A DNA stretch of 63,760 nucleotides, counting the filler, from Actinomycetota bacterium (lineage in GTDB: Bacteria > Actinomycetota > CADDZG01 > JAHWKV01 > JAOPZY01), in NCBI GenBank assembly GCA_025963875.1. It is 5 parts of 5 records of this genome, joined end to end, with 100 filler letters (N's around TTAATTAATTAA, not from the genome) between each part and the next. Parts side by side here need not be neighbours in the genome. Positions count along the whole stretch, not along the records: positions 1 to 31,718 come from JAOPZY010000148.1; 4 more parts are not named here. One strand, 5' to 3'. Every line of letters starts with the position of its first letter. The first letter of the stretch is position 1. Shown here in pieces: positions 9,875-19,575 of the stretch. Position numbers and translations under genes: made by a program. Below the pieces are notes generated by a model, which did not search any database, was not told where the DNA came from, and saw only the letters and a program-made list of their open reading frames with translations.

Positions 9875-10759
9875 TCACACCAACCCTGCCGACCTCAACG
9901 CCTCACGGATCCTGGCCACCTCGTCGGAGGTGGCTTCGGGCAACGGGAGGCGCGGGGGTCCGGCCGGGTGCCCGGCCAGCTCCATGGCCGCTTTCACCGG
10001 GATCGGGTTGGCGGTGATGTTCATCGCGTCGAAGACGCCGATCAGCTCGGCATTCAGCCGGCGGGCCCTCTCGGGGTCGCCTGCCCAGTAGGCGGCGATC
10101 ATCTCGGCCATCTTGGGGCCGGCGACGTGGGAGGCGACCGAGATGACCCCCGCCGCGCCGACCGACAGCCACGGCAGGGTGTCGGCGTCGTTGCCGCAGT
10201 AGACCTCGAAACCCTCGGGGGCCTGGGCCACCAGGCGGGCGGCCCCCTGGACGTCGCCCGCTGCGTCCTTGACCCCGACGATGTTGGGTGTCTCCGCCAG
10301 TTTCAGCAGCGTTGCGTGGTCGATCTTGCGGCCGGTGCGGACGGGGATGTCGTAGAGGACGATGGGGAGCGCCGTCGCCCGGGCGACCGCCTGGAAGTGG
10401 GCGAGCAGGCCGGACTGCGGGGGCCGGTTGTAGTAGGGGGTGACAACGAGGGCCGCGTCGCACCCCGCCTTCTCGGCCTGCTGGGTGAGATGGATCGAGT
10501 GGGCGGTGTCGTTGGTGCCGGAGCCGGCGATGACGCTGCCCCGGTCCCCCACCGCCTCCACGACCGCCCGCCACAGGTCGGCCTTCTCCTGGTCGGTCAG
10601 CGTCGGCCCCTCGCCGGTGGTACCGGTGACGACGAGGCCCTCCGACCCGTTGTCGAGCAGCCAGGCAGCAATCTTCTGTGCGGCCCCAAGCTCAACTCGG
10701 CCATCTGAGTCGAATGGGGTCACCATGGCGGTGATGAGACCGCCGAACTGTCCCTTCAC
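9875..10759 (-). CDS. dapA: 4-hydroxy-tetrahydrodipicolinate synthase
   Basis: GTTGE, PYYNRP, LYDIP, GVKDA; GTG start at 10759 after an AAGGAG RBS. Confidence 0.96.
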   Translation of the reverse strand: MKGQFGGLITAMVTPFDSDGRVELGAAQKIAAWLLDNGSEGLVVTGTTGEGPTLTDQEKADLWRAVVEAVGDRGSVIAGSGTNDTAHSIHLTQQAEKAGCDAALVVTPYYNRPPQSGLLAHFQAVARATALPIVLYDIPVRTGRKIDHATLLKLAETPNIVGVKDAAGDVQGAARLVAQAPEGFEVYCGNDADTLPWLSVGAAGVISVASHVAGPKMAEMIAAYWAGDPERARRLNAELIGVFDAMNITANPIPVKAAMELAGHPAGPPRLPLPEATSDEVARIREALRSAGLV

Positions 10760-11066
10760 GATCCGCTCCTTCCCCCGAGGCACCGCGTCCGATGCCCCAG
10801 CAGGGTCCCGGCGGGTCCAACGGATTCTAACACTCGTTAACAACAGTACTCAGGAGCAACAACGCCCAGCCTGGCTCGGTCCTCCTGAGGCACCACCAGT
10901 GTCGTCAGTTTCGCCCGACCAGGCAATGGGGCCTCTTCAATGGAAGCTGGCAGAGGTTAGGTACTTTTGTCAGCTATAACAGCACCTTTTTACCTAACCT
11001 TGCGCAACACCACATGCGATATCCTGCGCGCGAAGAGACTTTCAGCGCAGTGGAAGGGAGTAAGCC

Positions 11067-11159
11067 GTGAAGAAGATCCTGATCTTTCTGGCGATCCTCG
11101 GTGTCATCGGGGCCGGAGCCGCCGTCCTCAAAGGCCGAGGAGCGTCTGCAAGCCGATAG
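11067..11159 (+). CDS. Putative 30-aa single-TM peptide MKKILIFLAILGVIGAGAAVLKGRGASASR
   Basis: GTG start after AAGGGAG RBS, GC-rich third positions, basic-hydrophobic-basic pattern; below the ORF-track length cutoff. Confidence 0.6.
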   Translation: MKKILIFLAILGVIGAGAAVLKGRGASASR

Positions 11160-11931
11160 TCAACCCGGGGTGGTTCGCGATCTCACGAACCGCCAGGAGC
11201 ACCCCCGGCATGAAGGCGATCCGGTCGGTGGTGTCGTGGCGGATCGTGAGGGTCTGGCCCGGGCCCCCGAAGATGACCTCCTGGTGGGCGACGAGGCCGG
11301 GGAGTCGCACGCTGTGGATGTGCACGCCGTCGCGCTCGGCACCCCGGGCGCCCGGCAGGACCTCCACGGGGGAGGCAGGCGGGGCGACGGGCTCGGCATG
11401 GGCAACGGCCCGCCCGGCGACGATCTCGCCAACGGTCGCCAGCGACGTGCCCGACGGCGAGTCCCGCTTCGAGGCGTGATGCAGTTCGATCACCTCGGCG
11501 TCGGGTAGCCACGCGGCCGCCAGCCGGGAGAACCGCATCATCATCACCGCACCGATGGCGAAGTTGGGGGCGGAGAAGACGTGAGACCGCCCATCTGACC
11601 GCTCGACGACCGACGCCAGGTCGTCGGGCGACATGCCGGTCGTCCCCACAACGATGTGGACGCCGTGGCCCAGGCACCAGCGGATGTTCTCCAGGGCCGA
11701 GGCGGCAATGGTGAAATCGACCGCGACCTCGGCCCTCCCGTCGGCCATGGCCTGCGGATCGCTGGCGATCACGAGGGCCGAGCCCGGAAGGCTCGCCGCC
11801 TCGGCCAGCGGCCGGCCGGCCAGGACCGGGTCGACGGCTGCGACAAGCTCCATGTCCGGGGCGGCCGCGACCGCCCGGCACACCTCGGCCCCCATCCGTC
11901 CGCCCGCCCCGAAGACCCCCACCCGGATCAT
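11128..11931 (-). CDS. dapB: 4-hydroxy-tetrahydrodipicolinate reductase
   Basis: GAGGRMG, VVGTTG, APNFAIG, ELHHASKRDSPSGT; ATG at 11931. Confidence 0.96.
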   Translation of the reverse strand: MIRVGVFGAGGRMGAEVCRAVAAAPDMELVAAVDPVLAGRPLAEAASLPGSALVIASDPQAMADGRAEVAVDFTIAASALENIRWCLGHGVHIVVGTTGMSPDDLASVVERSDGRSHVFSAPNFAIGAVMMMRFSRLAAAWLPDAEVIELHHASKRDSPSGTSLATVGEIVAGRAVAHAEPVAPPASPVEVLPGARGAERDGVHIHSVRLPGLVAHQEVIFGGPGQTLTIRHDTTDRIAFMPGVLLAVREIANHPGLTIGLQTLLGL

Positions 11932-12165
11932 GGGGCGCAGCCTACGACTTATGTAAGGAGAAGGGCGCGCAGATGCAGATCGACCGGGCGATGAAGCGCC
12001 GCCGCTAGCCGCCCTGCCGGCCCCAAAAAACGTTTGAGTAAATCCCTCCCTCATGGGGGCGGAAAATGCTCAAACGTTTATAGAATAGCGTTATAGAGCC
12101 TTGGATGGCGCAGGCTACACGCCAGGATGGCGTCAACTCGACGGCCTAACTCCGACGATTCAGAC

Positions 12166-12831
12166 TTATCCGCCCGCCCAGGCCGCGCGTGCGGCCGTGG
12201 CGATCACGTCCGTGCAGACGGGCAGGGGCACGACCGTGCTGTCGAGCATCAGGTGGTACAGCGTGGGGTCGCCGGCATCCCGCTCGTAGAAGCGCCGGAG
12301 GTAGAGCGAGCGGGCCTGATCCGTCTCGGCCTGGCGTCGCTCCGCTTCCTCCTGGCCGATGCCTTCGATCTCCATTGCCTGGCGGATCCGGCGATCGCGG
12401 GGGCCGTCGAGCCGGACGTGGAAGCAGCGCGGATCGTCGCCGAGAAAGGCCGCTGCCCCCCGACCCCGGATCACCGCCCCCGTGGTTTCCATGAGCTGGC
12501 ACATCCCCGCCTCGTTCTCTGCCTTGAAACGCTCCTCGTCGCTGATCCCGGTGGCCGGCTGGGGCATCGAGATCCCGATCAGCGCCGGCATCCGGGCTGC
12601 AGCCGCCAGCAGCCGGTCGAACAGGCTGTCGCTGCGCTCACCGCGAGCCAGCCCCTCCCCCTCCTCGATCGCTCCGATGGCGGAGGGCACGAAGGCGGAG
12701 GGCACGAAGGGAAGACCGAGGCGCTGCGCAAGCGCCGGTCCCACCACGCTGCCACCCGCACCGTACGTGGACGAGATCGTGACGACGAGGGTCGCGGCGG
12801 CCGGTTCGGCCCCCACCGGCGCGGCGCCCAT
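12166..12831 (-). CDS. Cytidylate kinase-like family protein
   Basis: VTISSTYGAGGS, VIRGRGA, YHLMLDST; start overlaps the MFS stop (TGATG). Confidence 0.85.
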   Translation of the reverse strand: MGAAPVGAEPAAATLVVTISSTYGAGGSVVGPALAQRLGLPFVPSAFVPSAIGAIEEGEGLARGERSDSLFDRLLAAAARMPALIGISMPQPATGISDEERFKAENEAGMCQLMETTGAVIRGRGAAAFLGDDPRCFHVRLDGPRDRRIRQAMEIEGIGQEEAERRQAETDQARSLYLRRFYERDAGDPTLYHLMLDSTVVPLPVCTDVIATAARAAWAGG

Positions 12832-14570
12832 CAGGCACCCACCCCTTCCCGAACCGACGCCGCCGGCGTCGCAGCTTCCTGGGGCACCATGTCCTGGTAG
12901 ACGACCTTCCCACCGCGCAGCCAGGAGGCTGCGGCTGCGACGAGGCACATGACGACGGAGGCCCCGAAGGCGATGCGGAGGCCCTGGATGAACGGGCCGG
13001 AGATGAGCGTCGGGAAGAACGTCTTGCCCGTCAGGTACGCCGCCGTGGCCGGCGGCAGGGACGACAGGATGCGGGGTCCGAGCAGGGTCTGGATCGGGTT
13101 GTAGCCGAGGAACGCCGCGAAGAGACTGCTGACCGGGGGAAGGTGGGCGGCCTGGGCGGCGGTGGCTGCCGGCACGCCCTGCGACACAAGCTGCGCCTGC
13201 ATGACCGACGGGAGGCTGGCGGCGAGGCCGGCGATCATGAGGCTGAAGAACAGGCCGATCGACAGCACCATGCCGCTGTTCTGGAAGGTGGCCCGCATCC
13301 CCGAGGCGGCTCCGCGTTGGTCGGGTGGCACCGCGTTCATGACTGCGGCGGTATTGGGGGCTGCGAACATGCCGAACCCCACGCCGTTGGCGAAGAGCAG
13401 GGCGGCGAAGACGGGATAGTGGAAGTTTGCCGGCAGCAGCATCAACAGCCCGAAGGTGATCGCAGCCAGGATCATCCCCCCGGTGGCGAAGGGACGGGCG
13501 CCATACCGGTCGCTCAGCGCGCCGGACAGCGGCCCGGCGATCAGGAAGCCCCCGGTCAGGGGCAGCATGTAGATCCCGGCCCACAGGGGCGTCCGCACGA
13601 AGTCGTAGCCGTGGAGCGGAAGCCAGATGCCCTGGAGCCAGATGATCAGCATGAACTGCAGGCCCCCCCGGCCGATGGACGACAGCAGGCTCGCCACGTT
13701 GCCGGCGAGGAACGCCCGGACCTTGAAGAGCCGGAGGTCGAACATGGGGTCCTCGGTGTGGGCCTCGATGACACCGAAGACGATCAGCACGGCCACGCCG
13801 CCGATCAGCTCGGCGAGCACGACGGGCGAGGTCCATCCCATCGTGTGGTTGCCGTAGGGCTGGATCCCGCCGGTGATGCCGACGAGGATGGAGATCAGGC
13901 CCGCCGCGAACGTGATGTTGCCCCACCAGTCGAGCCGGGAGGGGTGGCCGGGGGAGAAGTCCCGCAGCTTGAGGTACGCCCAGACGGTCCCGAACAGCCC
14001 GACGGGCACGTTGACCCAGAAGACGAGGCGCCAGTTGATGTCGGCCAGCAGGCCGCCGGCGATGAGGCCGATGAACGACCCGGCGATCCCCGCGATCATG
14101 TTGATCCCCATCGCCGTGCCCCGCTCGTTCTCGGGGAAGGCATCGGTGAGGATCGCCGTCGAGTTGGCGAACAACATCGAGCCCCCGATGCCCTGGACGA
14201 CCCGCATGACGATCATCTCCAGGGCGCCGGTCGACCCGGTGCTCCACGTGAGCGAGAGGCCGATCGACGCTACGGTGAAGATGGCGAAGCCAGCGTTGTA
14301 CATGCGGACCCGTCCGTACATGTCGCCGAGCCGGCCCAGGCTGACCACGAGGACCGCCGTCACCACAAGGTAGCCCTGGAGCAGCCACAGCAGGTACTTG
14401 ATGTTCGCCGGCTGCAGCGGGTCCAGGTGGATGCCCCGGAAGATGGCCGGCAGCGAGATGATCACGATCGACGAGTCCACACTGGCCATGAACACGCCGA
14501 GGGTGGTGTTGGACAGGGCCGTCCATTTGTAGCGCGAGGTCGGCTGCCCCGCTTCGGGACTCGCAGCCAT
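12831..14570 (-). CDS. MFS transporter (DHA2/EmrB-like, 14 TMS)
   Basis: GRLGDMYGR motif A, many hydrophobic helices. Confidence 0.92.
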   Translation of the reverse strand: MAASPEAGQPTSRYKWTALSNTTLGVFMASVDSSIVIISLPAIFRGIHLDPLQPANIKYLLWLLQGYLVVTAVLVVSLGRLGDMYGRVRMYNAGFAIFTVASIGLSLTWSTGSTGALEMIVMRVVQGIGGSMLFANSTAILTDAFPENERGTAMGINMIAGIAGSFIGLIAGGLLADINWRLVFWVNVPVGLFGTVWAYLKLRDFSPGHPSRLDWWGNITFAAGLISILVGITGGIQPYGNHTMGWTSPVVLAELIGGVAVLIVFGVIEAHTEDPMFDLRLFKVRAFLAGNVASLLSSIGRGGLQFMLIIWLQGIWLPLHGYDFVRTPLWAGIYMLPLTGGFLIAGPLSGALSDRYGARPFATGGMILAAITFGLLMLLPANFHYPVFAALLFANGVGFGMFAAPNTAAVMNAVPPDQRGAASGMRATFQNSGMVLSIGLFFSLMIAGLAASLPSVMQAQLVSQGVPAATAAQAAHLPPVSSLFAAFLGYNPIQTLLGPRILSSLPPATAAYLTGKTFFPTLISGPFIQGLRIAFGASVVMCLVAAAASWLRGGKVVYQDMVPQEAATPAASVREGVGA

Positions 14571-14674
14571 GGCTCGAGACCTTCCTCAGTCCGCCGGTTC
14601 GCCCCCTCGCCACGCGCGGGCCGGCGCGTTCGCAATCGTTCCCACGGGGGACGCCCTGAATCCCCCGGAGCGGA

Positions 14675-15919
14675 CTACCAGCCGGGCAGGTCTCCGTCCT
14701 CGACGGGCCCCACGACGGTGAGGACCCGGCCCTCGGGCCGGAACAGGTCGGCGGCGACCCGGGCGACGTCGGGCACCCCGACGGCATCGACCCTGGCCAG
14801 GAGCTCGTCCACGGTGAGGATCTCGCCACGCACCAGCTCGGACTTGCCGAGGCGGCTCATGCGGTTGGCGGAGTCCTCCAGCGACAGGATCAGCGATCCC
14901 CGGAGGTGGCCCTTCGCCCGCTCGACCTCGGCCGCGGTGGGGCCATCGGCCTGGAGGTCGTCCAGCACGCCCTCGGCGATCTTGAGCACCTCGCTGGCGT
15001 TGCCGGGCATCGTGCCGGCGTAGACCCCGTACATGCCGGTCTCCTGGTAGAGGTCCCGGTAGGAGTAGACGGAGTACGCGAGACCCCGCTGCTCCCGGAT
15101 CTCCTGGAACAGCCTCGACGACATGCCGCCGCCGAGCAGGATGTCGAGCACCTCCCAGGCGAAGCGGTCGGGGTGCTCCCGCGAGTAGCCGAGGCCCCCG
15201 AGCAGCAGGTGGACCTGCTCGGAGTCCTTCTCGACGACGTGCAGCCGCCGGCCACCCGCCGCCGCCACCGGCTCGCGGCGCAGGGCCGGGCGGGCGTCGC
15301 CCGGGAACAGCGACGTGATCCACTCCGAGAGCCGGTCGTGCTCGATCGATCCCGCCGCCGAGACGACGATGTTCCGGGGGTGGTAGCCGGCCCGGTGGAA
15401 CTCCCGGACGCTCTCGGGGGATGCGGTGCTCACCGTCTCCACCGTCCCCAGGACCGGCCGGCCGAGGGGATGGTCGCCGAAGACGTCCTCTGCGAAGACA
15501 TCGAAGATGAGGTCGTCGGGGGTGTCGTCCCGGAGGGCGATCTCCTCGAGCACGACCTTGCGCTCCGAGTCCACGTCGTCGGGGCGGATGGCAGGCTCGG
15601 CGACCATGTCGCCGAGGTAATCGGTGGCCATCTCCAGGTCCCGGTCGAGCACCCGGCCGTGGACGCAGGTGTACTCCTTCGTGGAGAAGGCGTTGGACTC
15701 GCCGCCGATGGCGTCGAACACCTCGGCGATGTCGAGGGCCGAGTGGCGCTCGGTCCCCTTGAACAGCAGGTGCTCGAGGAAGTGCGACGAGCCGGCCAGC
15801 TCAGCCGGCTCGTCGCGCGAACCTGCACCGATCCAGAAGCCGATCGACGCCGAGCGCACCTCGGGCATGGCCTCGGTGACGACGCGGACGCCGTTGGGCA
15901 GGACGGTACGGACGATCAT
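14675..15919 (-). CDS. M16 (pitrilysin) family zinc peptidase
   Basis: HFLEH inverted zinc motif, GGGMSSRLFQEIRE; usual position downstream of pnp. Confidence 0.94.
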   Translation of the reverse strand: MIVRTVLPNGVRVVTEAMPEVRSASIGFWIGAGSRDEPAELAGSSHFLEHLLFKGTERHSALDIAEVFDAIGGESNAFSTKEYTCVHGRVLDRDLEMATDYLGDMVAEPAIRPDDVDSERKVVLEEIALRDDTPDDLIFDVFAEDVFGDHPLGRPVLGTVETVSTASPESVREFHRAGYHPRNIVVSAAGSIEHDRLSEWITSLFPGDARPALRREPVAAAGGRRLHVVEKDSEQVHLLLGGLGYSREHPDRFAWEVLDILLGGGMSSRLFQEIREQRGLAYSVYSYRDLYQETGMYGVYAGTMPGNASEVLKIAEGVLDDLQADGPTAAEVERAKGHLRGSLILSLEDSANRMSRLGKSELVRGEILTVDELLARVDAVGVPDVARVAADLFRPEGRVLTVVGPVEDGDLPGW

Positions 15920-15948
15920 GAGCTCGGAACCGTGGAGGTCAGCGGGAC

Positions 15949-18291
15949 TTACTCGCCCTCGGGCCGCGGAGCACGCTCCCGGTCCCGGCCGCCTTCACGG
16001 CGCGGACCCCGGGGGCCGCCCCGGTCGCCGCCACGTCCACGGTCGCCACCCCGGCCACCGCGGTCGCCGCCACGATCCCCGCCACGGTCCCGGGACTCGC
16101 CCTGCGCGTAGTCGGCGGGCAGCTCCGCCACCCTCGGCGGGAGCACGACCGGCACCAGGGAGATCTTGCCCATGGGGTCGATGTCGGTGACCTCGACCTC
16201 GAGCGGATCGCCCTGGTTGATCACGTCCTCCACCCGCCGCAGCCGGATGTTGCCGCCCAGCTTCGAGATGTGGACGAGGCCGTCCTTGCTCGGGGTGAGG
16301 GACACGAAGGCGCCGAACGGAGCCGTCTTGACCACGATGCCGTTGAAGCGCTCGCCGATCTGCGGCATCCGGGGGTTGGCCAGCTCCTCGATGCGGCGGC
16401 GGGCCTCGTCGGCCGACCCACCCTCCTTGGAACCGATCCGGACCGTCCCGTCGTCCTCGATGTCGATCTCGACGCCGGTGGTGGCGATGATCTCGTTGAT
16501 CCGCTTGCCCTTCGGGCCGATGACCTCGCCGATCTTGTCGACCGGGATGGTGAAGGCCACGATCCGCGGAGCGGTCGGCGCGAGCTCGGACCGCGGTCCG
16601 GGTAGGGTCTCGGTGATCTTGCCGAGGATGTAGAGGCGGGCGTCACGGGCCTGCTGCAGGGCGGCGGCGAGGACCTCGGACGGGATGCCGGAGATCTTCG
16701 TGTCGAGCTGCAGCGCGGTGACCATGGTCCCGGTGCCCGCCACCTTGAAGTCCATGTCGCCGAAGGCGTCCTCGGCCCCCAGGATGTCGGTCAGGGTGAC
16801 GAACTTGCCCTCCTCGGCGATGAGACCCATGGCGATGCCGGCCACCGGCTCCTTGATGGGCACGCCGGCGTCCATGAGGGCGAGGGTCGAGCCGCAGACG
16901 CTCGCCATCGAGGTGGAGCCGTTGGAGGAGAGCACCTCGCTGACGACCCGGATGGCGTACGGGAAGTCCATCTCCGAGGGGATCACGGGCAGCAGCGCCC
17001 GCTCGGCGAGGGCCCCGTGGCCGATCTCCCGGCGCTTCGGGCCCCGCATGAAGCCGGTCTCGCCGGTGGAGAAGGGCGGGAAGTTGTAGTGGTGCATGTA
17101 GCGCTTCGACTCGGCCACCCCGAGGTCGTCGAGCATCTGCTCCATGCGGAGCATGCCCAGGGTGACCGTGGAGAGGACCTGCGTCTGGCCTCGGTTGAAG
17201 AGCCCGGTGCCGTGCAGCCTCGGCAGGATCGCGACGTCGCAGGAGATGGGCCGGATGTCCCGGAGGCCCCGTCCGTCGATGCGCTGGCCGTCGTTGACGA
17301 TGCGCTCACGGATCAACGTCTTCACGTGCTTGCGGAAGACCGCCTCGATCTCCCTGGCCCGCTCAGGGAAGTCACCCTCCAGATGGGCGACCACCTCGGC
17401 CGCCAGCTCGTCGAGGCCGTTCTCCCGGGTCTGCTTGTCGGCCTCGGAGATGAGGGCGAGGATGCGGTCCCTGGCGAAGCTGCTCACCATGTCGGAGAGC
17501 ACCGCGTCGTAGGGGGCGGCGATGACCCACGTCTTGTTCGGGGTCCGCCGGCCGGCCGCAGCGACCAGCTCCTCCTGGTGGGCGATGGCCTCGAGGATCC
17601 AGGTCTTGGCCTCCTCCAGCCCCTCCGCGACCAGCTCCTCGGTCATCTCCGGCGCCCCTGCCTCGACGAGGTCGAGGGAGATCTCGGTGGCACCGGCCTC
17701 GACCATGAGGATGCCGGCGCCGCCGTCCTCGTTGCGCCGGCCGACGACGACGAGCTCGAACGTGGCGTTCTCGGTCTGCTCGAAGGGCGGGTTCGGCACC
17801 CAGCTGCCCTCGATGTGGGCCAGGCGCACGGCACCGACCGGTCCCTCGAACGGGATGCCCGAGAGCATCAGGGCGGCGGAGGCGCCGTTGATCGCAATGA
17901 TGTCGGGCTGGTTGGCCTGGTCGACGGTCATGACCGTGGCCACGACGTGGACCTCGTTGCGGAACCCGTCGGGGAAGCACGGGCGCAGCGGCCGGTCGAT
18001 CAGGCGGGCGGTGAGGATCGCGCGCTCGGTGGGGCGGCCCTCACGCCGGAAGAAACCGCCGGGGATCTTGCCCGCGGCGTACATGCGCTCCTCGACGTCG
18101 ACGGTCAGCGGAAAAAAGTCGACGCCCTCACGGGCGCCTCGGGATGCGGTGGCGGCGACGAGTACCGTTGTCTCGCCGACCTGGGCGAGCACGGCGCCGT
18201 CGGCCTGCTGGGCGAGGCGACCGGTCTCGAACCGGAAGACCGGCTCGCCGATCTTTCGCTCGACGGAATGAACCTGTGGATCTGTTGCCAT
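15949..18291 (-). CDS. pnp: Polyribonucleotide nucleotidyltransferase
   Basis: GKIPGGFFRREGRP, SNGSTSMAS, GDMDFK, KH and S1 domains, RGG-rich tail; ATG at 18291. Confidence 0.98.
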   Translation of the reverse strand: MATDPQVHSVERKIGEPVFRFETGRLAQQADGAVLAQVGETTVLVAATASRGAREGVDFFPLTVDVEERMYAAGKIPGGFFRREGRPTERAILTARLIDRPLRPCFPDGFRNEVHVVATVMTVDQANQPDIIAINGASAALMLSGIPFEGPVGAVRLAHIEGSWVPNPPFEQTENATFELVVVGRRNEDGGAGILMVEAGATEISLDLVEAGAPEMTEELVAEGLEEAKTWILEAIAHQEELVAAAGRRTPNKTWVIAAPYDAVLSDMVSSFARDRILALISEADKQTRENGLDELAAEVVAHLEGDFPERAREIEAVFRKHVKTLIRERIVNDGQRIDGRGLRDIRPISCDVAILPRLHGTGLFNRGQTQVLSTVTLGMLRMEQMLDDLGVAESKRYMHHYNFPPFSTGETGFMRGPKRREIGHGALAERALLPVIPSEMDFPYAIRVVSEVLSSNGSTSMASVCGSTLALMDAGVPIKEPVAGIAMGLIAEEGKFVTLTDILGAEDAFGDMDFKVAGTGTMVTALQLDTKISGIPSEVLAAALQQARDARLYILGKITETLPGPRSELAPTAPRIVAFTIPVDKIGEVIGPKGKRINEIIATTGVEIDIEDDGTVRIGSKEGGSADEARRRIEELANPRMPQIGERFNGIVVKTAPFGAFVSLTPSKDGLVHISKLGGNIRLRRVEDVINQGDPLEVEVTDIDPMGKISLVPVVLPPRVAELPADYAQGESRDRGGDRGGDRGGRGGDRGRGGDRGGPRGPRREGGRDRERAPRPEGE

Positions 18292-18356
18292 TGTGTACCT
18301 CCCATGATCTTGTTGAACTGGTTGAACCTGCTGATCTCGGGAGGAGGATCCGGATG

Positions 18357-18421
18357 GCCAGTTCTCAGTGGTGAGGGCTCCCGCCGCCAACGAGCTGGAG
18401 CACTCGCCACTGACAACTGGC
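18357..18421 (-). promoter_or_regulatory. Long pnp 5' leader hairpin (probable RNase III processing/autoregulation site)
   Basis: GCCAGTTgTCAGTGG...CCACTGAgAACTGGC long imperfect stem between rpsO and pnp. Confidence 0.6.
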
Positions 18422-18508
18422 AACCGTCACCGGCCTCCTCCGAGTACGTGAAAGAGAACCCTGTGAGGGTCGAGGTGGCTCCCGGTCTCCTTTCTGAACC
18501 GGCGAGAA

Positions 18509-18778
18509 CTACCGGCGCAGCCCGAGCTTGGCGATGAGAGCCCGGTAGCGGGCCACATCTTCCCGTCGAAGGTAGTCGAGCAGGCGACGGCGGCGGCCCA
18601 CCATCTGGAGGAGGCCCCGGCGCGACGCGTGGTCGCCACGGAACTTCTTCAGATGCTCGGTGAGGTCGGCGATGCGCTGTGTGAGCATCGCGACCTGCAC
18701 CTCGGGGGAGCCGGTGTCGCCCGGCGTACGGGCGTGCTCGGTGATGAGCTGGGTCTTACGTGCGGTCTCGAGTGGCAT
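18509..18778 (-). CDS. rpsO: 30S ribosomal protein S15
   Basis: [28 protein letters not shown]; 89 aa. Confidence 0.98.
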   Translation of the reverse strand: MPLETARKTQLITEHARTPGDTGSPEVQVAMLTQRIADLTEHLKKFRGDHASRRGLLQMVGRRRRLLDYLRREDVARYRALIAKLGLRR

Positions 18779-18846
18779 ATGCGGCAATGCTACCACCCAC
18801 GACGGCGAGCACTGCATCGTGGCGTTCCCGCCGGTAGTCTTGACTC

Positions 18847-19551
18847 TTGCGTCGACTTCATTTCCGGCTCGGGCCGCTCCAGTTCGGCCTCTGGTGCGCA
18901 CGATGGAGCGGCCGCGATGGCGAACTGCCCTACCAGGACGTCATCGACGAGGCCGAGCGGTTCGGCACCGTCCTGCACCGGGAGAACATCTACCGGAGCG
19001 GGGCGCCGGTTGACGCCCTGTCGGACGACATCCTCGATTTCGTGCTGGGCAACGTCGGGGACACCGTGCTGGACATCGGGTGCGGGGCCGGGCCCTACGT
19101 CGCCCGGATCAACGGCGAGGGCAGGCGGTGCATCGGCATCGACCTCGACCCCCGGGCCGTGACGCAGGCGCGGGCCCTCGGCCGCCCGGTCTTCCCGATG
19201 TCGGCGGACAACCTCGCCTTTGCCGACAACGCGTTCGATTCCGTGGTGTTGATCGAGACGCTGGAGCACCTGCCCAACTACGAACGTGCGCTCGCGGAGG
19301 CGGCGAGGGTCGCCCGATCGTCGGTCGTGGTCACCGTCCCGGACATCTCGGTGATCCCCAGGATGAGCAAGCGCCAGGTCGTGCCGTGGCACCTGCTCGA
19401 GGCAACCCACGTCAACTTCTTCACACCGGAGACGCTCCGCAAGACACTTCTGCGCTACGCCACCTCCTGCGACGCCACCCGGCTGGGCGACTTCTTCGAC
19501 GTCGACGGGGAGGTCCTGTACCTGCACGCAGCGGCGGTGGCCCGACTGTGA
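18847..19551 (+). CDS. Class I SAM-dependent methyltransferase
   Basis: [22 protein letters not shown] motifs; start uncertain. Confidence 0.85.
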   Translation: MRRLHFRLGPLQFGLWCARWSGRDGELPYQDVIDEAERFGTVLHRENIYRSGAPVDALSDDILDFVLGNVGDTVLDIGCGAGPYVARINGEGRRCIGIDLDPRAVTQARALGRPVFPMSADNLAFADNAFDSVVLIETLEHLPNYERALAEAARVARSSVVVTVPDISVIPRMSKRQVVPWHLLEATHVNFFTPETLRKTLLRYATSCDATRLGDFFDVDGEVLYLHAAAVARL

Positions 19552-19575
19552 CGCCCGCCCAGCGGGCACCGGTCC

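Noticed and set aside
10900..10945. Hammerhead-like TTGAAGAG...GGGCGAAAC on the minus strand
   Set aside because: C3 is replaced, and I could not form stems I and III or find a cleavage triplet
10760..11000. Lysine riboswitch upstream of dapA
   Set aside because: The L-box conserved elements and multi-stem layout are not recognisable
12166..14829. 887-aa ORF as a single gene
   Set aside because: Only the last ~221 codons are a real protein; the rest is an alternative frame of the MFS gene
15960..16095. Short tandem repeats at the pnp 3' end
   Set aside because: They encode the common RGGD-rich disordered tail; not CRISPR
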